This document shows positions 51,127-64,000 of a stretch of DNA of 64,000 nucleotides, piece by piece. Within the stretch, counting starts at the first letter, position 1. Each line of letters starts with the position of its first letter. A program made the position numbers and the translations under genes. This DNA is from Amoebidium appalachense (taxonomy: Eukaryota > Protista > Ichthyosporea). The stretch lies in assembly GCA_963693365.1 (NCBI GenBank), contig CAVNZM010000010.1:1798001-1862000 (forward strand), given 5' to 3'. The notes beneath the pieces are model-generated. The model searched no databases and was not told where the DNA came from. It was given only the letters and a program-made list of their open reading frames with translations.

Positions 51127-51646
51127 TACATTATGCAATTAATGCAAGAGAACTTGGGAAACCAGCGCTAAACCTTCTCCATTACACACGACACTGGAAA
51201 TGCCGTAGCATTAGAAGGAGGCTCACATAATGTAAGGCAAGCTGGATGTGGTTATGGATACTTTTGACTTTTTATTAAAAACGCTGAGAGTAGAAATCAC
51301 TGTTGAGGTGACTCGTACTGCATAAAGGAATAGAGTGCTAAGTTATCCAACATCAATGATCATATTCACTACATACGTAGTTAGGGGGGCTCGTTTCTAT
51401 GGTTCATTGTTAATTACATCTAATTAGAAGTGTGACAGATTACATAGTTCCGTTTTTCTTTTCTATTTAGCCTACTTTGTGAATGTTATGTGTTACTCGT
51501 CTGCACAGTGGCACCATTTAGATTCATATGTATATGGCAGTTGCTGGTATAATGATGTGGTCCTTCACTTACTAAAGTTTAAGTTACACGATATGCAGTT
51601 TTTACAGGGCATGTTACTGGAGAAACTATAGAGCACAAAAACCATG

Positions 51647-52357
51647 TTACTTCTTCGACTTGGGGCGCACACAAAGCCTCTGACCAGGCTGCAGATTCAT
51701 GCAGTCGACGTTCTTGTTGAGTCCCATAAACGCTTCCAGCGTGAGCCCGTGCTTCTGCGACAGCGTCCAGCAAGTGTCTCCAGAAGCGACTGTTTGGCGT
51801 TTTCCACACCTTTTCTTTGGTTGTTTCGTTGGGTTTGCTACAACGGCAGTGGTGGTGGGTGTAGGAGTAGGAAAGACGTCGGGAGTCGTAGTTGGGGTGG
51901 TGATGGTCGGTGGGGTTGTTGTGGTCACTGGGTCCGGAGCAGAACCGGAACAGGGGACAAACTCAAACGTGATACCGTCGATAATACCAGCGTCCGTGCT
52001 TCCAGCAAGAGCAATGAAGGCGGGCTTAGAGACGTCCAGGTGCGTTTTCTCGCATTCTGGACATCTGTCTTTGACCGGAAGAGTCACCGTGTTCCCGTTG
52101 TAGGAGACCTCTACGCAGACGTTTTGGCAAAGGGGGTCGAGGTTTGGGTTTCCTGTTGTCCACCACCCGGCCCCAACTGCAACGAGCATCTCAGTGGCGG
52201 CGTTTAGTTGTGTTCCACATGCGCCGTAGCCGCTCAGGTCGTAATACGTCATTTTCCCTTGTTGTTTCTGGTTGAAGGGGGGATGCGCCTGTGCCTGTGT
52301 GGCCAGGGAGAGTAGAAGGGAAAGGCACACAGCGAAAACTGGTTTGGAGAAGGCCAT
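51647..52357 (-). CDS. Secreted RlpA-like DPBB (expansin/loosenin-like) domain + Thr/Pro linker + LysM domain; intronless
   Basis: Signal peptide MAFSKPVFAVCLSLLLSLATQAQA; GKMTYY...GACG...VKDRCPEC...HLDVSKPAF; C-terminal TVASGDTCWTLSQKHGLTLEAFMGLNKNVDCMNLQPGQRLCV, a Cys-containing eukaryotic-type LysM. Confidence 0.92.
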   Translation of the reverse strand: MAFSKPVFAVCLSLLLSLATQAQAHPPFNQKQQGKMTYYDLSGYGACGTQLNAATEMLVAVGAGWWTTGNPNLDPLCQNVCVEVSYNGNTVTLPVKDRCPECEKTHLDVSKPAFIALAGSTDAGIIDGITFEFVPCSGSAPDPVTTTTPPTITTPTTTPDVFPTPTPTTTAVVANPTKQPKKRCGKRQTVASGDTCWTLSQKHGLTLEAFMGLNKNVDCMNLQPGQRLCVRPKSKK

Positions 52358-52514
52358 TTTGAAGTCCGAAAGTTTGTGCATAGAGAAATGTTTTTTTTAT
52401 TTTTAGTTTAGAGTAAAAGATGGAAAAATTTAGAAGAAGAACGAATCGAAAAGGTGGTCAAGTGTGTATTTCGTGTGTGGGTTCGTCTCTGAGGGAGAAC
52501 AACGCCATGTTCCC

Positions 52515-52521
52515 TTTTATA
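52515..52521 (-). promoter_or_regulatory. TATA box of the DPBB-LysM gene
   Basis: TATAAAA on - about 160 nt upstream of the ATG, with CCAAT on - near 52587. Confidence 0.55.
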
Positions 52522-53190
52522 TGTTTCGCCCCCATCCCGCGCGTGGGAAACGAGTCCCGGGACGCTATTATTTATATTTGCTGCGATTGGAGGAAAATAC
52601 TTGCTGCTAGCTGATTGGGGTATTATGCCCATTTCGTCTGACGTGGGTAAAGACATTGCATTGCTGCAGATAGCGACATACTGGCCGTTTCTCAACAAGC
52701 GCTCCTGCTACATACACAAAGCACAAATAATTCAGCATTTGGAAAACTAGGATTAGAATGAAATTATTTGTCTTATATTTACACGGAGGCCTGTGTACAG
52801 GTCCTCCTGATGCAGACTGCACACCAACCCAGCCGGCCGGCGGGCTAGCTCCCAGACTCGAGCTCTCGTCATCCTTTTGCCCCTCTCGAGCTGGAAGCAG
52901 ATGATTTGTCGTCGTTTCTGATTGGCCAGATGTCCCTTTGTCGCCATCAATATGGAAAAGATGGAGACTCCGAACATGTGTACACACACAAAAACACACG
53001 CACACACGCACACGCGCGGCACACACGTGCACAAATACAAGTGAACACACACACACATGTACACTCACACAAAAACACACACGTACACACGTATCAAAGC
53101 CTCCCATCCAACAACACGTACATACACACGCCGCTGCACATGTGTACATGCACACACGCACCGTGACACGCACGCACACACACACACGCT

Positions 53191-53222
<32 letters not shown>

Positions 53223-53398
53223 TGAGCACACAGACATACACACACGTGCACACACACACACACACACTTGTGTCGTGTACATGTAAACACCGACACCTAT
53301 GCGCATGCCCGCCAACCCATCTACCAGTGGGACCAACTTGAACAATTTGATGACAAATCATACGGACCCGGGTATGGCACGCACACACATACACACAT

Positions 53399-53441
<43 letters not shown>

Positions 53442-53584
53442 ACACGCACGCACGCACGCATACACGCACACAGGTACACAGACACACACACACACACAAC
53501 TTTCATAAAGAAACATGTGCACATCCGTCTAAGGAAACAGTCGACAAAAGTTGAAAGTTTCTGTTAACTTTGTTCGCTCTCTAT

Positions 53585-53912
53585 TAGACCGATTTTGCAG
53601 GAAGCCGCGGCAATGTTCGTGGCATGCGCAATGTTTCAACATTGCCGCCGACATTGCCGTGGCCATGTTTGGTGTCGATTTTGCGGGATCCGGAAGCCGC
53701 GGCTCGCGGCAATGTTCGTGGCAATGTCAATCGGGCAAAGGGCCAGATCAGGCCCTCGGGTCCGCGGAGTCGCCAACATTGCCAAGAAGACCATCATTGC
53801 CGCGGCAAAGATTGACCCTAAACATTGCCGGGCTTCCTGCGGCAATGTTGACGATCCCCCCTGATCAAACATTGCCACGAACATTGCCGCGCCTTCCTGC
53901 AAAATCGGTCTA
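53585..53912. mobile_element. MITE with ~40-bp terminal inverted repeats and internal GGCAATGTT/AACATTGCC repeats
   Basis: TAGACCGATTTTGCAGGAAG(c/g)CGCGGCAATGTTCGTGGCA at both ends in inverted orientation (1 mismatch). The TSD could be read as TA or ATT, so the superfamily is unresolved. Confidence 0.85.
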
Positions 53913-54453
53913 TTGCCATCCAGTGGCACATTTATTTGACGAATTTCTTTTTTTTTCTTTGTTCCTCTGGGAAACACAGCAATTAATAAAGTACACAGCT
54001 CTCTTTAGAAACAACGAAGATGCAAATCCTACCCGGTAACCGTTGAAAGAAAAACACATGCTACTCTAACAAACCAACCAAGCAAAAGCGACTTCACAGT
54101 TGGACAAGCGAAAATCCCGATACCAACCTCGTCATGAACATTAAATGTAACTTTTAGTCTGTATAAGCACGACTATAACTCGCTCACGATTACTGTAATC
54201 ATCCTACCCGATCACTGACACTCCAATATCGTTATGATACTCAGCTCACCAGATCAACGAGCCCATTTGTTAATAAATTGGTAAAGTCGCTATGAATCAC
54301 ATCATGAGCTGGAAAGTTAATCTTCTTTGCGGTGTTGGTGTAGCGAAAACTTATCGTCTTTGCACACATGTGCGAGAACTGCAACCATAGTGAACCAAAC
54401 TTTCGGTCGACTGCAAGCACTCTCACATGCCACTTTCAATGATATTATCCCCC

Positions 54454-54510
<57 letters not shown>

Positions 54511-54842
54511 AAAAAAAAATAAATAAATAAAAAAATAAAGAAACAGGAAAATAAAAAAAACAGGAAACGAGCCCTTGCGCAAGGCCTGAAGGTAAACGCG
54601 TGTGTGCATGTGCACATGAAACATGGACGCGTGGTTGTGTGCGTGTGTGTGTGCTGCGCGCGCCCGTGTGAACAACCGTGTCCATGTGCATGTGCATGCA
54701 CGTGCATGTGCCTGTGGATGTGGGCGCATATCCGTGCACAAGTACGTGTGTATGCACGTATGTGTGCATGCATTGCAAGTGCATGTGCATGTGCATGTGT
54801 GCATCTGCATCTGCATGTGTGAGTGCAAGCACACATGTGGCC

Positions 54843-62714
<7,872 letters not shown>

Positions 62715-62787
62715 CTGTGTTAATTTGAAGTTAGAATTAGAATTATATTATTAAGAATGTATTCAAATCATTTCTGATATGAAGAAC

Positions 62788-62851
<64 letters not shown>

Positions 62852-62860
62852 TCTTATCAT

Positions 62861-63398
62861 GGCTGCGTTCACACTGGCGGGATATGATATGTCACTTGCC
62901 ATATTTGGTCACAAATATCCGATCGGGATATTCAAATACTCCAAATCGCTGTTCACACTGGCAGGATATGATATGGCGAACTTCCTTTTTTGATTAATTA
63001 AATATGCCAGTTGGGATATTAATTAGCCGGGGGATTGGGCGTAGGTCTATTTTATATGCAAGCGGGATATGTGCCGCGCCAGCACTTTGTTAGTCTTACT
63101 TTATAAATATATATATAAAGTTTAGAAAAAACACTTATAATGTTACTTTAACCGCTGTAAAAAATGTATTTTGCATGAGTCAAATTTTTTTTGGTTGCAG
63201 AGACGACGCAAAGAAGTTTTTTGAGCATTTTGCTCTTAGCGCCGCCGCCTGCGCGGCTCAGCGCCTGGCGCTGACACATGACATCCGACCTGGCATATTT
63301 GCGCGTCCAGTGTGAACGCTGGGATATCGCTTTCGGCCTATCCCGAGAATCTTGCAAATATCCTTGGCCTATCATATCCGCCCAGTGTGAACGCGGCC
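62861..63398. mobile_element. MITE, PIF/Harbinger-like, in a PFKFB intron
   Basis: TIR GGC(t/c)GCGTTCACACTGG...GATATGAT at both ends, 3-bp TSD CAT (62858-62860, 63399-63401), and subterminal copies of GTTCACACTGG near 62951 and 63308. Confidence 0.8.
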
Positions 63399-63883
63399 CA
63401 TGATAGGTATAATCTTATGGATATGATGGAATATGTCAGGACACCTGTGTTCAGTGCTCTCATCCTCACATACAGACTCGACGACGACCACCAGAATTGT
63501 GTGTAAAAGTTAAAATTCTATGATTGCAAATCTCATATGGAGGACATCCGCATAAGACTTGCTAGAACATTGGTTTTCAGTTACAGCACATCTTGCATAC
63601 TGAGCATGAGCATAGTGTATCATAGTTTAATCTTCATGCCAGCCAATCTCATATGAAGAACACCCGGATAAAAGAAACTAACGATTAGAGAGAGCTTTTG
63701 TAAGCTCGGCTCGTAAAAATAACCTAATCAATCGAATGCGAATTATTTATTAGTATTAGCAAATCTCATATGATTACATGCATATTAATACTCTGGTTCG
63801 ATTCGAGTCAAAGAAAATAAAATAGATGAGGGTGACGTGAGGTAAGGTCTATCCCCAGCCAACTTGTGCGGACTCCCCCCCCC

Positions 63884-63921
<38 letters not shown>

Positions 63922-64000
63922 CCCCCCGTCCAAACCATCGAACCACATGCACGCACACACCTCTGCCCCCACCTCCCTTTTACATCCATAACCCCTTAAA

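Overview
Eukaryotic nuclear DNA with GT-AG introns, TATA boxes and low gene density. It is saturated with (CA/TG)n, (GA/TC)n and long poly-G/C and poly-A/T tracts, so most ORFs in the supplied track are repeat artefacts. Gene content suggests a unicellular opisthokont or holozoan-like organism (inference only). Three spliced genes could be reconstructed exon by exon: a secreted alpha-carbonic anhydrase (3 exons, +), a divergent SLC12 cation-chloride cotransporter (6 exons, +) and the 3' ten exons of a PFKFB-type 6-phosphofructo-2-kinase/fructose-2,6-bisphosphatase (-). Three intronless secreted glycan-active genes are present: a ricin-B lectin, a bacterial-type PL6 polysaccharide lyase and a DPBB/expansin-like + LysM protein. 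There is also a BTB/KCTD pseudogene, a frameshifted bHLH-basic-like ORF and a head-to-head pair of orphan MGNDC membrane-protein paralogues. Small mobile elements include a hAT MITE, a non-autonomous LTR element with a tRNA-iMet primer site, two further MITEs and a SINE-like insert. The most unusual signal is splice acceptors in which a (CA)n microsatellite runs straight into the AG with no polypyrimidine tract. All exon coordinates were read by eye and need RNA-seq confirmation.
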